NCBI GenBank assembly: GCA_017499595.2
Contig: CM038998.1
Coordinates: 3,596,001-3,660,000, forward strand
DNA: 64,000 bases
Source: Psilocybe cubensis
Lineage: Eukaryota
Direction: 5' to 3'
Shown piece by piece: positions 24,932-43,794 of this stretch. Below the pieces are notes generated by a model. It saw only the letters and a program-made list of their open reading frames with translations, did not search any database and was not told where the DNA came from. Positions within the stretch are counted from its first letter, which is position 1; each line of letters starts with the position of its first letter. Position numbers and translations under genes: made by a program.

Positions 24932-25765
24932 TTGCCAAAAGTAATACTCCCCTTCCGCGTCACCTCTACCTCCCCCTCATCACCATTTCCTACACTATTC
25001 GCTCTTCGCTGCTTCCTTGCTGTCCTCTGCATATCGTTATTACTTGTATATTGCTCGCCTCTTTCGGCCTCCGACTCCTGCACCCACTGTAACCATATCC
25101 CATGCATCTTCCCTACTTTCCATCCCAGGCTGGCCTCTGCCATTACTCTTCTTGCCTTGTTTCTGCGTATACCAATACATGCGTTACCCACTCCCCACGA
25201 TCTCATAATGGGATCCCCTTCTTTTCTTGTTGTGTCCACATTATGCTCCCCTTTGTCTTCCCTACACTATTTCCCCGCCCTCTGTTACTATTACATACGT
25301 ACTTTTAGCTTGTCTCTCTCTCCGCCTTTTTTTCTCTCACTTGGGTGTAGTTCATTTTTCTATGTTGTTTGTTGTCATAATTACTATAATTATTCTACGT
25401 ACCCGTCTGCCCGTCTTTTTATGCTATAGTACTATCTTGATCTCCTTACGAGCCTTTGGGCTGGTGCAAATGAATAGACGTGTTCTTGACTCTTTTTATG
25501 CTTGAACTTTGTTTGACAAGTTGAGGTGTACATGTAGTTACTTTATGGAAGCGAAATGCATGTCTTGTCCTGTCTACTTGTATAGACTTCGAAGAACCCT
25601 GTCCGATTTCAAGCTACAATCCTCTTTTACTTATGATCAATTCCTTAACTGGCTTGCGTGGCTGTGCTGTTAAGGGTAACGACAAGCAAAGACAAACACC
25701 GTCGCGGTTTGGGGAAAAATATGCGCCGCGGTCACTGTCGGGTTTCTTTCAACCTTTAAAGAGAC

Positions 25766-27703
25766 ATGTTTGCGCTGCGCTGTCGGAGCGGTGTTGCCAG
25801 TGCGCTGCGCGTGCGTGTTGTGAGTAGGGGCCTGGCGACTGCTGTTCCCGAGGCGTCGACTTCTGCTTCTTCCACCGTACCGCCTCCGACTTACGATGAT
25901 GCTGTTCCTGCTGCGAAGACGACGAATGGACGCACGGGTCTCTCAGCTAGACGTCGTCGAGCCGCTGCGCTCTCTGGTTTGGATTTGAAGGGGGAGGATA
26001 TCCTTACTGTGAAAAAATGGAACAGGGCACTTCCGAGGCATGTTATACCCGCGTACGACCTGGCGCTCGGTGTGTTGGAGGAGGACAGCCGGAAGCTCAA
26101 GGCGGAGGTGTTGGTGAAGAGGAAGGCTATTGAGGGGAAGCTCCAGGCGCTGGAGAAGCTGTTGGCGAAGGGTGAGGGCGAGGGCGAGGTGGAGAGCTTG
26201 AAGAGAGAGCTTGAGGCGCTGTTGGAAAAGGCGGATGTGGTCGAGGTGCAGAGCGAGGTGAACTTGCCGCAGGTTAGGTGGGCTGTGAAAAATGCGTTGG
26301 GTGAGTTGGTTCTGTTTTTTTAAAAAAATTTATGTGTTGTTAATACTTGGTGTTTTAGCGGATATGAACAAGCTTTCGCATCGGCATTTGATTGAGCAAA
26401 AGTGGAGGAAGGATGGTGACCTTGACTTGCTGGTGCGTATTTTTTTTCTTTTCGTAATACTTGGTTTACTTACTTTTTTTTGTTGGTGGTAGATGGAACG
26501 TCTATACCAGATGAATGTCATTCCGGATGTTCTACCTATTCTTGAGCCAACAGTGGACCTGCACCTCGTAGCCAAGGCGCGTCCGACAGAGTATCTCAAG
26601 ATTGGCAAGTTGCAAACGACCGTTGTCCCTGGAGAATTCATCAGGCCAAAGCAGGTCAGTCCCTCTTTCGCGGAATCCAATCTACATAGCTATTCAATTC
26701 CCGTTCTATTAAAAAAATGAGGCTGGGAGGAGACAATACTGATGTTGACTGATATGATATGTATCTTAGACCCTTGTCCCGCCCAAGCTATATGCGACTG
26801 TGTTCCACACGGATGTGCGTCTGTATACGATGATTCTCGTTGACCCCGGTACGTGTCAATCTCTGTTTTTTAATTTGATCTGGGTTGTCTGTTCTATTTT
26901 TCTCTCTTGCATATGAACGCGTGCACTTGGAGAGGACTATTTATACTTTTGTGAAATGGTGACTATGATTGTGATTTACTGATAATTGGAATGAATGAAT
27001 AGACGTGCCCAGTCCTGAAACGGCTAGCTATACCACCTATTTGCATTGGATGAAGTAAGTCTTCTCCGACTGTTTGTTTGACAAGGGATGTCTATGTCAC
27101 TGTGGCTCATTCCTTATCCTTTTCGTGTCTGTTTTGGTTTTTTTTACTTACTGGACATTAACTTTAGGCCCAACATTCCCCTCTCGGCGACATCTCCTCA
27201 CCTTATTCCCGATCTGAACGACCATACGGCGTATGTCCCGCCTCACCCACAGCGCGGTAGCCCATACCACCGATACGTCTGCCTTTTGTTGCCCCAGCCA
27301 GCACTTGCGCCGGAGGGCTATACGCGCGTGGGTAGCGTGCTCGCGGCGCGCCAGGGCAATGAGCAGCCGACCTCGCAGAGGCTCGATATCCCTGTTGTGC
27401 CGGAGGAAGAAAGAAGGGGGTTCGATGTTCGGGCGTTTATGGAAAAGTGGGGCTTCGAGGGCAGGAGGGGTGGTGGTGCGCATATGTTTAGAGAGGTTTG
27501 GGATGAGGATGTGTCGGCTATCTATAAGGATGTTCTCAGTGAGTTGTTGAATTTTTCTGTTCGTCGCGCGCGTTTGACTGTTTTCTCTCCTTCTTTTCTC
27601 TTCCTTTCTTTTCGCTTTAGAACAACCTGAACCTCATTATGGCCAGCCACCGAAGAGAGATCCTTATGCGCAGATCAAACAGCAGAAAAAGTATCATTTG
27701 TAG
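25766..27703 (+). CDS. MRPL35: Mitochondrial large ribosomal subunit protein mL38 (PEBP domain), multi-exon
   Basis: Presequence-like MFALRCRSG...; IPAYDLAL, EVNLPQVRW, HRHLIEQKWRK, MERLYQMNVIPDVLP, YTMILVDP|DVP, YVPPHPQRGSPYHRY, GGAHMFREVWD; stop TAG 27701-27703. Confidence 0.9.
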
Positions 27704-27968
27704 GGATTCCCCACTCCCCACCCCGCATCTATTAAACTTTGGGGTGCAAATCGCTCACGCTAATATACACACACCTTTCTATTATAAACGCCAATTGGTA
27801 TTAAGGAGCGAACGGACTATCCTTTTTCTTGTTCGTCTTGAACTTTGTTCTTTGACATTAGGTTCGCGGTCTCATATGTTGGAATGCATATGGCGACGTT
27901 ATCAGGTATAATCTGTATAGAAGGGTTCAGCCCCTTCTCTTTGTTTTTTTTCCGACACATCGTGTTGC

Positions 27969-28196
27969 TTTTCATCACCGCTAGCTTGCTTTGTCGCGTG
28001 AGCGATAAGGCTCTTTCTTCCCCCCCTTGTCTCCTGCTCGACTTCGTTTTTTCATCACCGCTCCCTTGCGTTGTCGCGTGAGTGATTATCGATGATTATC
28101 TGTCCCTTTTATCTGGCTTCGTTGTATTCATTCGACTTCGCTGTGGGGAGTTAGGGACTAGGAATGGGTCTCGACTCTGCCTCGCGTTGTCGCGTG
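27969..28196 (+). repeat. Short imperfect direct repeat (38-bp unit, 80-bp spacing, third partial copy)
   Basis: 27969-28006 vs 28049-28086 differ at 4 of 38 positions; core GCGTTGTCGCGTG recurs at 28184-28196. Confidence 0.75.
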
Positions 28197-31100
28197 CCAA
28201 TTTTTTTGACAAGTAATATCAATTAGCAAGGTAAGCACAGGGTCTCCCTTTTTCTTCATCCCCGCTCTTTCCTGCTTTATGATTCGTCGGCGTAACTTTC
28301 GTCTTAAAAGCTTCGCTTGACCTCTTTTCTTTATTTTCTCACTGTAATCTTATTTTGACGGATTTTCTAAACCTTTGCTTGGATATTTCTCTGTCCCCGT
28401 TCAATCAATATTACCCTAAATTCGAGTATTCCGACGAAGATTCTTCTGCTCCGGACGGCACTTGAGCTTCGACGGGAAAGTACCACCTGTCTTTGTAGGT
28501 ATGTTACGGTGCGCTGTTTTTTTTTAGGAGACCGCTACTTCGTGGTGATTCGTGGTTCGCGGTGCTTTGGAAATGAATACACCCACGCTCGTCTATTCGC
28601 TGGAATTTGGCCGGATGGGAAGAGGACGGGAACGGGAACGGGATGGGGATTTATTCTTTTTGGCCAGGTTTTGTAAGAAAAAAATGGGCTTGGGCATCCG
28701 TGGTTTTGTTTTCTTGCATTGTACAGGTTTTCCTAATTTCTCACCTAAAATCGACCGTTTGTCTTAGCCTTTCCCTTCCTTCGCTTTTTGCCTCGTTTTT
28801 TATTCCTTCCGGTGTTGTTGCTTTTGCTGTGTGGCTCGTGCTTCTTTACGGTCCGCCTCCGCTGTTTTCTCTCTTTTATTTTTTGTCGCTCATTTTCTCA
28901 CCCTTGCTGGATTTTGCGTTCTCTCTTCTTTTGCTGTAGAGTTGGGCGCGCGCTCCGATTGTGATTGTGATTCTAATTCGTGATCTGATGTGGATGGATG
29001 GTCTTGACTCTTTTTACATTCAGTGAAGTAACAAAAATGATTGATCCAATCTGTGATCTTTTTTTGGTCCCTTTTCGAATTTACTTACTTGTATCAATCA
29101 TCAACGGGACTGGAACGAAAAGGGAACCGCCGAGCGGTGCTATGTTGGCTAATCCTGCCGATCCCTTCGCGGTTTGTCAATGACTCAAGTGTGTCTTGCG
29201 CTTCGCTCCCAAAGAGATATACTTAGGCCTCTGGGTTGGTGCTTGAGCAGTGAATACCCAGCGGATGGGGTCTGCCTCGAGGCAAATAATCACCCGCACC
29301 CGTGTGGTTTTGCGTTTCTTGCGTTTGATTGAGCGGAGGGGTGATGGGTTTCGTCATAGATGGATGATGGGTAGCCGGGTGAATGGGGAAAACAAAAACT
29401 TTTGCATATGATTTGTATCCGAGAATCGGTGCTGGAGATGGGGGTTGTCGGTGGGGTGGGGAATGGTAAAAAAGTTACATTTATTTAATTGACGTTCTGA
29501 TGAGTGGGTCTCTGCGGTTGAAGCGTCGGTCTCTTTTGTGAGCTTGGGTATTTGGGTGGGGGCTTTTGAAAGGCTCATCAGACATCGATGCCTTACTTGG
29601 TTATTACTAACTTGCTTAGGGCGAGGTTCTCTGAGACGTGTATTGAGATGTGAAGATAGGTGTTGCCCCCTGCATATTTGGTGGGGTGGGGTTGGGTGGA
29701 CTTTACTTAGGGGGTTGGAGAGGAACATATTTGGCCGGGGGTTTTGAGCGAGCGTTTGGGTTGTCTATTGTAGGAGTTTTGAGATGGGGCATGGGGCGCT
29801 GTATCCGTACGCTGGGGACATTAAAGCTGAATGCGACTTGCCTTCTACCCCGAAACTGATTTCATTCATTTGTTCATAGATATGATAACGGTTACTTGTA
29901 AAGTATCAAGTGAAACCAAGCATCTTTAAGGTTTGCAATGCGCGAAGTAGGCAAGTAACTAAAGTATGTACACCGGCACTCTGCGTTTACTCCCTGTATT
30001 TTTTTCCTTTTTGTTTTCTGAAGCGGTTTTGCGTTTCAAACCGTCTCTTTTGAATTCATTGACAGTGTGCCAGACAGTATTGAGGAACTCCTCGGAGAAT
30101 GGGATAGAGTTTGCTCGCGCGTCGTATATTTGGGCGGGCGAGTGACCCTGGCCCCCTTGGCTCGTGTTTAGGCGTGGGTAGACGAGTGCTTTATCAAGCG
30201 GTTAAAGAAGGCGGCTGGGGATGTGGCGTAGGGCTGGGGACTTTTTGTGGTTAAAAAAGGGCGACATGTCGGAACGGCTCCAGGGGCCCCTGTGCGCCTA
30301 TCTCGTTTGACCTGACGGGCTTGACAGCAAGCGCATATACATACATCATACCTAGCTGTGTTATACATAGTTCGCGTCACCTTCGCGCGGGGTTCGAATG
30401 CTTACGGTGATAAGTTGCGTTCCACGCCTGTCGATGCGTTGGACAACCGTGCGGCATTTTTGGTGAGTGATATCAGTGCAGCTTGTGACTTCAAACTGCT
30501 CTTTTGAGTTTCGCTGAACGAATGCTTTGATCATGATGTTCACCTTTTAATTTGACCATCGACGTGTCGACTCGGTGATGAGTTTGTGAGTTTGCCTGTT
30601 TAGCGCGAGGTGATGTATCAAGGTATCATTGAGATGCCTGCGGTTCTTTTGCATTAACCAGTCGGTGTTATACCTGGGTACGCGCAAAGGTTTACGCAAG
30701 TCATGCAATTTCAATATAGTCGTACGTAGTTCGGTTTCCTATATGCGATGTAAATGGGTAAATATTTTATCCAAGAAATGCGTTTCGTTACAGATGGAAT
30801 GTGAAAGGAATTTAACTTATGGAGGCATTTGTGAAGTGCTCCTCTGTTCCCATGTTCCGTCGGTCATGTAGGACCACGTTTTTCAGGGATCTTGGCCTTG
30901 CGGGTATACGCGAGCATATGTTTTGCTACGTTATATCCATAGCGGTCCGTCTCGGTGATAAACATGCTAGGTGAACTTTCGGGCAGTGTTGAAGATCCGT
31001 TCAGCTGATTGCTGCTGATTGCGAATGTTGACGAAGGAAGTCACGGTAGATATTCTTGCTAGAGTGGAAAATCGTAAAAGAACATTGTGTTAAAAATGCA

Positions 31101-33663
31101 GTGGTGTCCATTGGCAGGAGAAAGCGGTTCTCTTCCGTTTATCCTTGTGATCTCGGTGCCGAGCCATCGCTTTTAGCAGTAAAAGTAACGAACCAAGGCG
31201 ACAAATGGGCTTTCTTATTTTTGGATTGAACCCCCGAGCGTCACGGGTATGGGCTTGGTTGTGCAGTTGGCCCGTTGACGGTTGCTGGCGGGTGCCATGT
31301 GTGAAGATGAGGGTGAGAGTCGCGCGGCGTAATTTTCCCTCGGTCGCAGTGCCTCGCAGTGCGCGTGTGGACCGTGAGTTTAGCGGTCGATGTCGCTGCC
31401 ATGAACAACTCTTTCAATTTTGCTGGCGCCGCAGCCGCCACCAGGATCTGTGATGTTCATTGACCAGTGATGGTGAGAATATCATGTTGGTGAATGCGAT
31501 ATGTTTTTCACAGAGGAAGCAATGTAACTGAGTTTTTCTTGCTAATCGTACCTCTGGGCCGCAGAAACTTCGGTGCTGTTTATAGGAAAAAAGTAGAGGT
31601 CGAGATGTAAGGATAGGGGTTTGGATTTATGTTGAGGACCATGGAGTCTATAGAGCAGTCGGTCACTGGGAGAGTTGTGAACTGTGATGAACCGGGTTAC
31701 TGAAGAGATTGTATGAATTTGGAAAAGGTCACTGCGTTGGAAAAAGTGGAATGAATCCGTTCTCGTTTGATTCCGTAGTAGCATGGAATCGTTCCATGCA
31801 CCAAAATTCAAACCACCATCAGATTGAAAGTTCATTTTTGGATCCGGGGCTGCTCTATGTTGAAAGTATGTTGGAGCAGTGTGCTGGCACATGCAGGTGG
31901 AGGTATTAAAGGGCATCCGGACTTAATGCCCTTTGTTGCCGCATTTTGCTCTCGAGACGCATGATGATGATCATCTCACCGGCAATATGATGGCGGGCAA
32001 TAATATCCACCTCGATATAGCATTGACCCCTAATCGATGCGAGTGTCGAGCCTTGTTGCATTATATCCGACTGATAGACCGTGATAAAATACATACGTTA
32101 AATCCCGTGCCGTATAACAGAGCCAAGATAGCGATGTCAAGAGTTTTGTGTAATATTCAGATGGACAGTTTCAGTCAGGTATGAAACATAAATTTATTTG
32201 AATGGATAGAATGCGCAGGTTTATTGGAAAGTTGGTCATGATGATTTGTATTTGGTGGGTCGGATTTCCTCTACCTAAGAAAGGTGCTCAAAATTAAAAA
32301 CTTTGAGGTTTTCATAAATAGATAGTTTTGAAGGATAAAGTATTGTGACGAGCTCACCGAAAACACTGAATACCATGGCCAGTCTTTTGGTACGGGTTCA
32401 CCTGACTGGTTCCCCTGGAGCTTGCAGATAGAGCCTGCCGGCTCAAATGCGGGGAAAGTAGCTTCGATTGCGGTAGAGGCTGGGGTTCGTTTAAGAACGG
32501 CTTCTGTCCTCACTTTCGGATCGGAATGTCACAAAATAACATAGGCACCTTTCAGCGGATGCGGCAGCGACAAATCGCCACAATATAGGCTTGAGCTTGT
32601 AACAAGATATGGAAAGATACACGGATAATTCCCGCTTCCTTATACAAGGACACTTGAAATGGCCCGGCGCAGAGCTTCAGTGCCTGTCTTGTAGCTGATC
32701 GAATGGGTTCTTTTCATTGACCGATGCTATCTCGAGTATACGCCTATGATTTGACTTTGTGGGCGGATAATTTGCGGAGGTAGGAGTTGAAGCTTTTAAG
32801 AAAAACTGATTCGCAAAAGCAATGATCATAAATTCTGAGGGAAAAAAGTAAATTTGCCAGTGAGAGAATCTTGTGCGGCTTTTTTGAGTATGCATGGGGT
32901 ATGATTGCTTACGATTGATCGTCTGGCCTTGCTACAACATGTATTGCGACCTTTCTCGCTCTTTCCATGCCCAACATTTCCAACCAAATAGCCATTAAAG
33001 GAACTTAAACTTACACACACATGCGCGCGCATTATGTTCGGGATATTTTTGTCTAGGTGAGGCAACGAGGTTGACGATATCAACTCGGATAAACGGCGGG
33101 CGGGTTGAAATTTCACAACAATTGCTTGTAGGTCAAAGCCAAAAGGTGGATATAGTGATATTTGATGGAAGGGAAGCAATAAGTTCATTTGCACTGCGTC
33201 ATGCAGGAAGAGTATCGGTAATTTGTTGTCCTGTTGAAGACTCGAGGTATCAAATGGTTTGCATCTACATATACAACATCGCAGGTTCCAAAGCTGACTT
33301 TATTTTCCACCCAGACTATGGAATTCGGTGCTTGGGTGGGCTTGGGCTTGATTATCTGTTGGATAAAAGAGAGAATTGTGAGCTTATGTCGAAATAATTT
33401 CTTGTGGGCAGCTGTGTAAGTTGTCACTTGTCAGTAGGCATGTACGCAGCGTTCGGTATCGTGGTTATTAAAAAGCAGATAAAGAAGGTGAATGAAAAGG
33501 TGAAAATTTATCGATCATTGGGTGGTGAACTGAAAGGAAGTGTGAAAACACTGTGCTGAGCATCAGTGGCAGTGCCTATCAAAGGTGACATAATTACTCC
33601 GAAAGAGAAAGCGCTTCAGCGCGGCCAAACTTGAATCTCAACGACGAGCTCGGAGTCATCCCA

Positions 33664-38612
<4,949 letters not shown>

Positions 38613-39144
38613 ATGTAGACCAACGAATTGCATAGTTGCAGATACCCCATGTACACTGATAACACCTGTATTTTTTTGCTACGATAGAGAGCTTCGAGAG
38701 TTCAGTTCGTCGTTCTGCATTCACTAATCACTGTAATTTTGTCCGATAAGATCAGAACGGCAGTTGGGTGTTAGATGTGCCGAAAGATGACTTGTGGCGC
38801 GGAATACGTGCAAAGGTGATGTCTTCCCGTCAACGGCTGTAAACGTATTCGTGTTGGTTGGTATCAATGACAACCAGAAGCATAAAGACAGGGGTATATG
38901 GAAGTAGAATGATCTGGTATGTGGAAACCGTCCTAACATAAATGAAAAGTAAAGGAGAGGATTGTCAATGCTAGTGAATGAATGGATGCGCAGCGCAGGC
39001 CAAGCCAGCCGACCGTCTATGGAAAAATTAGCAATTGGAGATGGCTCTGTGATCAGCGACGGGATGATGTTTGCTGCTAGTTCCACTTTGAATCTTTCTT
39101 CTTGCCACTTCCTCTCTCTTTCTGTTTCTTCCATTTCTTCCGCG

Positions 39145-41180
39145 ATGAATCTAATGGCACCACCCTCATCTTACATGCCTCCAAGCTCCTCTTCTCGCCC
39201 TAAATTAGCCTCTAATTCGTCCGATTCTGGCCCTATATCGTTAAACCATGCAGAGTCCCCGTTGACAAACCTTGTGCGCCGGACCTCTTCGCGAAGAGCA
39301 CGCCAGACTGCTTCGGCCCTCGACCAGCAGCACAAGCAGGATTTGCATACGCCACCCATTCAAGAGACGCGCGAGGATCCCTATATCAATGAATCAACTG
39401 CCAACTATAATTATAACCATTCACCTCGGTCCTCGTCGCCCTCTCACGACGAGGTTTACGCGTATGCGTACCAGCCAGAGCCTTCAAGCTCTGGTTCTCA
39501 ATATGCTTATGTTCAATCAGACTCCAATAATGTGGTGGATAACTACTACTATGAGCCTCACGATTCGCCGCCGCGCCGACAAATGGCCAACCTCAGTTTA
39601 AAAGTCGATACTTCAGGGGACAACTTGCTTGCATCCAATGGACTGCCATCACCGTTGCTTCACAGTCACTTTGCTCGGGATTCATACGCTACTGCATCAA
39701 TATCTGATCAACATTCGTACTGGGACCCAGATACTTCCGGCACGCGATCTTCAACACAGTCCAGTAACTATAAACAGTCATCGAGGAGGGCTACACGGGA
39801 AGGAGAGGGTGATTTTGATGATGAGCGAAGTGATTATGGTCGTTACGATTACTTTGTGGACGACTCTTCCAGCATGTACTCCTCAAGCCCGTCTCAGGGG
39901 CCTGCGCTAAGAGACTCATGGAATTCAACGGCGACAGGAGCGACCGTACGCAGGCCTGACTATTACATTCCTAATGCAGACATTCGTGGAGAGAACCAGT
40001 TGACAGGGTCATCTGGTCCAACACCGACGGTGGTCGTTACGGAGGAGGGGATAGATGGGGCAGAGAGGGTAGTTGAGCGCAGTTCATCTGTGCTGAGACC
40101 TGGTCCGGGACGAGCACCGATTGTCCAGCCTGTCACTGCGAATTTCTCGAGACCAGTGCGGGAAAGCTCGCACCCAGGGCATGCACAGGGGGAAAGGGTT
40201 AAAGTTCAGGTCCCGCAAGAGATGAGAGACCAGAAGTTGAAGGTGTTGGAGAGGAACGCGCGACGTGCACCGACGCCAACTGGAACACACCCGCCGTCTA
40301 CGATCCAATCATCGGCAAACTCGAGGCAGTCTCTAGAGAGCGTCCGGTCGGCGGCAACAATAACAGAGAAGAATAATGCGGTCCCGACAAATCCGCAACC
40401 TATGAGAGCAGTCGAGCAACCGCTTCCCTCGCCTTCGAGCCTTTATTCAAGCAATTATTCATTTTATCAATATGAAAGCCCTGTGCCATCGCCTGTTGGA
40501 GCGGGGTTCGGGCAATCGACGAATTCTGGAAACAGACCTCAATCCTCTCTTAAAGCTGCAGATGCAGAGAAGGTCACAGGACCGCGAACGCCTCAGGATT
40601 ATCTGCAGCTCGGTATCCAACACCACGAAGCAAATCGACTGGGCGAGTCAGCTCGGTGCTTCGAACGGTCAGCAAATGAAGGCGGAGGATGTGGTGTAGG
40701 GATGCTAATGTACGGACTGACGCTTAGACATGGGTGGGGATGCGCGAAGAATGAGAGGCTTGGATTTAAGTGGCTAATGAAAGCGGCTGAGAGTGCCATA
40801 GGCGATCTGGAGAATGTGAGGACCGGTGGAAGAACGATTGAGGTTGGCGCTGTGCAGACAGAGCTTGTATTGGCGATCTACGAAGTCGGACAGTGCTTTT
40901 TTCATGGATGGGGTGTGGGTAAGGACCAGAAGATGGCCGTGGTGCGTCTCCCACCTCTGAAGTGGTGCATGTAAGGTGCTAATTATAGATGCAGAGCTAT
41001 TATGCAGTAGCGGCACGTCTGGGAGACGGAGATGCTCAAGCCGACCTTGCGTTTTGTCTAGCTAATGGTAAAGGGTGTAAGAAAAACAAGAAAGAGGCGG
41101 CGCGGTGGTATCGAGAAGCTGTAGCACAGGGGCAAAGTGATGTCGGTTTAGCGTGGATATACAAAGATAAATATCAATAG
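39145..41180 (+). CDS. Sel1-like (HCP-like) repeat protein with long disordered N-terminus (Dsf2-like), 2 exons
   Basis: YLQLGIQHHEANRL...GMLMYGLTLRHGWGC...AIYEVGQCFFHGWGVGKDQKMAV|SYYAVAARLGDGDAQADLAFCLANGKGCKKNKKEAARWYR. Start (39145 or 39154) inferred. Confidence 0.85.
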
Positions 41181-41200
41181 ACTAGACTTTTGCTCATGCC

Positions 41201-43794
41201 ATGACCATAAGGCACTCCAAGTACGGCGTTTGGGATGTATACGAAGATCTCAAAGGCCTGCCTACTACGCCAGGACATCAGTCATGGAGTGTTATTATCC
41301 AGGCTCTACCTTATGTGTGGCGTATGATCAAGGAGGTCGCCTCCATTCGTGAATGTTGGTTGCTGTTGGCTGTCTACCTGTCTCTTCTCCTGCTTTCATC
41401 TATCGTGCCCGCCATTGCCCTCTCTTACTCTGGACAATTACTGACAGTTGTATGTTTCATCTTCTTTTTCAATTACCCTCCTTCTTTTCAGCTCAATCGC
41501 AACAGGTTGATTCTGCCGTTCAACATAAAACTATTGACCCTGCCCTCCTCAGCAACATCATCATTGGCGCCTTCGTGTCCTCTTCTGCCACTCGGGTATT
41601 AAGATATGCTATTCAAAGGATCGCGAAGCCCATTAGAACCCACATCAGGATCTATTACTCTGTCCACACCTTTCACGCCTACTCTCGACTCGACGTCCCT
41701 ACTTTCGATGACCCCGCGGTTCAACGTCAACTTCAGCAACCATTTTCGCATATGTCCATCGAGCCCCTAGCATTCACCGTTATTAGCGTCACCCTTAGAT
41801 CCATTTCTACCGCTATCCAACTCGTCACACAATCCCTTGTTCTCTTCAATCTACTGAGGGACCAGCCGGATGGGCTGCTGTTGGCTTTCCTATGCTCCCT
41901 CCTTGGATTCCATCAACGCCCCAAGTTTCACCTGGGAAATCTCAAGAGCAATTCTGTATGGGTAGCTACCACGAATGACGCAGACTACATAAAGTCAGAG
42001 GGCTTGAAGCAGACGGTGACCGATGCCACCCATAGGAAAGAAATTGTGGCCTCTGGAATCGCGCCATATCTTCTGTCAGGTGCGTCCTATCCATTCTGAA
42101 TCATACACGGGCGCCTAACTCTACTCCAAGAGTATCGAAAGGCTGTTTACCGCGTTTCGACGCGTGCAACTGATTTCTACGCTGCTGTTATGGACAACTC
42201 TGATACCTATGTCATCTTCAATTTCATTTTCTTTCCCGAAATTCTTCGAGCATTACCAGAGGTCGGTAAGCTATTGAAAATTTTTCCTTGATCATTGTCC
42301 TGACGTTTATTTCGCAAGATTGTCTTTGCCGTTCGGGCACTTCGACAACCAGAATCCATTCCATTGTCCCTTGCTTCTCTCAATCTCATCAAACAAACTA
42401 CGACATCTTTCACGAGTACCGCATTTTCACTTATGAATGACACGCAATCTATCACAACAACATTTGCTAGAGTAATTCAATTATACGAGGTCGCCAGAAT
42501 ACCCAATCGCGTCAAAGTCGTCCCAACGGAGAAAACGAAAGAACAGCAAAAACTTGATCAGGACGATCCAAATTTCGGTGTCCCCTTTCCAGAAAATGAC
42601 CAAACCCTGCGGTTGGGTATCAGTGTCGAGTTTTGTCAAGTTAGTTTCAAGTACCCGGGCAGCGACACCTATGCACTTCGCAACACCAGCTTCAAGATCG
42701 AGCGAGGCCAACTTTGCGTACGTTTTGTACCTACAATTTCGATACTCATTATCTGATTATGTTTATAGGTAATTGTAGGCACTAATGGTTCCGGAAAGAG
42801 CACCATTCTCAAACTCATAGCTCGATTATATGACCCATCTGAAGGCAGGATCCTTATTGATGGGATAGACGTCAAGACTCTCCGTATTGCCGACCTTAGA
42901 CGCGCTATATCGGTCCTTTTTCAAGATTACACACTCTTCCCTCTTTCCGTAAGCCTCAGAGCAATTTTTAACCTTACCCCACAGAACATGATATTTTCGA
43001 CAGATACGAGAGAACATTGGTCTGGGTGATCCATATCACTCCAACGACCTCTCTAAAATACAGCACGCAGCTGAGCTGGGTGGTGCACATACGTTCATCG
43101 ATCGTTTGCCAGAAAAATATGAAACATATCTTGAACGGCCTGTACAAGACTATTATTCCGAATTGCCGGAAGGGACAGAAAATCCATTCGGCAATTTGGT
43201 CGATTACAGTCGCGTCCGAGAAGCCGGCAATATCACCAGTGTAGATGGCGGTGGTAGTGCTGGTAACCGAGGGCTCAGTGGAGGGCAGATGCAAAGAATT
43301 GCATTGTGAGTATTTGCTGTGACTAGCTGTAAAATGTATATAGCTGATAAGGACACTCAAGAGCAAGGACGTTCATGCGCTCTGTTGCATCAGAGCATAG
43401 CGTTGGACTTCTGCTCTTTGATGAGCCATCTGCAAGCTTGGATCCAACAGCCGAACATGGTGAGAGTCAATACTGGATGCGCTTTATTCGTGGTCTTATA
43501 TTATTGTCTTCAGATCTTTTCGAGCGTTTGCGCAGGCTAAGGGGAAACAAAACAATGATTTTCTCCTCTCATCGGTTTGGAAACCTAACTAGACATGCCG
43601 ATCTTATATTGTAAGCCTCGAAATTAAGCACTATGATCGTGTTTGTTTTACCAGCCTTGCTTATATCTCTTATCCGCTGCTCTAGGTATATGAATGATTC
43701 GATAGTTTTGGAGGAAGGTACCCATGACCAGCTCATTCAGCAAGATGGAGAATATGCCCGGATATGGATGCTCCAGGCTCAAGCCTTTCTCTAA
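41201..43794 (+). CDS. ABC transporter-like protein (N-terminal TM region plus single NBD, MsbA/HlyB-like), multi-exon
   Basis: Walker A GTNGSGKST, Q-loop VLFQDY, signature LSGGQMQRIAL, Walker B LLLFDEPSASLD, H-loop FSSHRFG, EEGTHDQL; hydrophobic N-terminal segments; stop TAA 43792-43794. Confidence 0.9.

Noticed and set aside
28413-28420. ACCCTAAA as a telomerase RNA template
   Set aside because: Only about one repeat unit, expected by chance; the telomere repeat of this species is unknown.
30385-30405. GGTTCGAAT resembling a tRNA T-loop
   Set aside because: Flanks do not form a T-stem and no cloverleaf can be built.
32240-33430. Minus-strand splice-like signals and short ORFs upstream of PRP16
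   Set aside because: No coherent spliced CDS or recognisable motif could be built.
38962-39144. N-terminal extension of the Sel1 ORF given by the ORF track
   Set aside because: Starts at a non-ATG codon and spans a CT-rich promoter/5' UTR tract; ATG 39145 or 39154 is more plausible.
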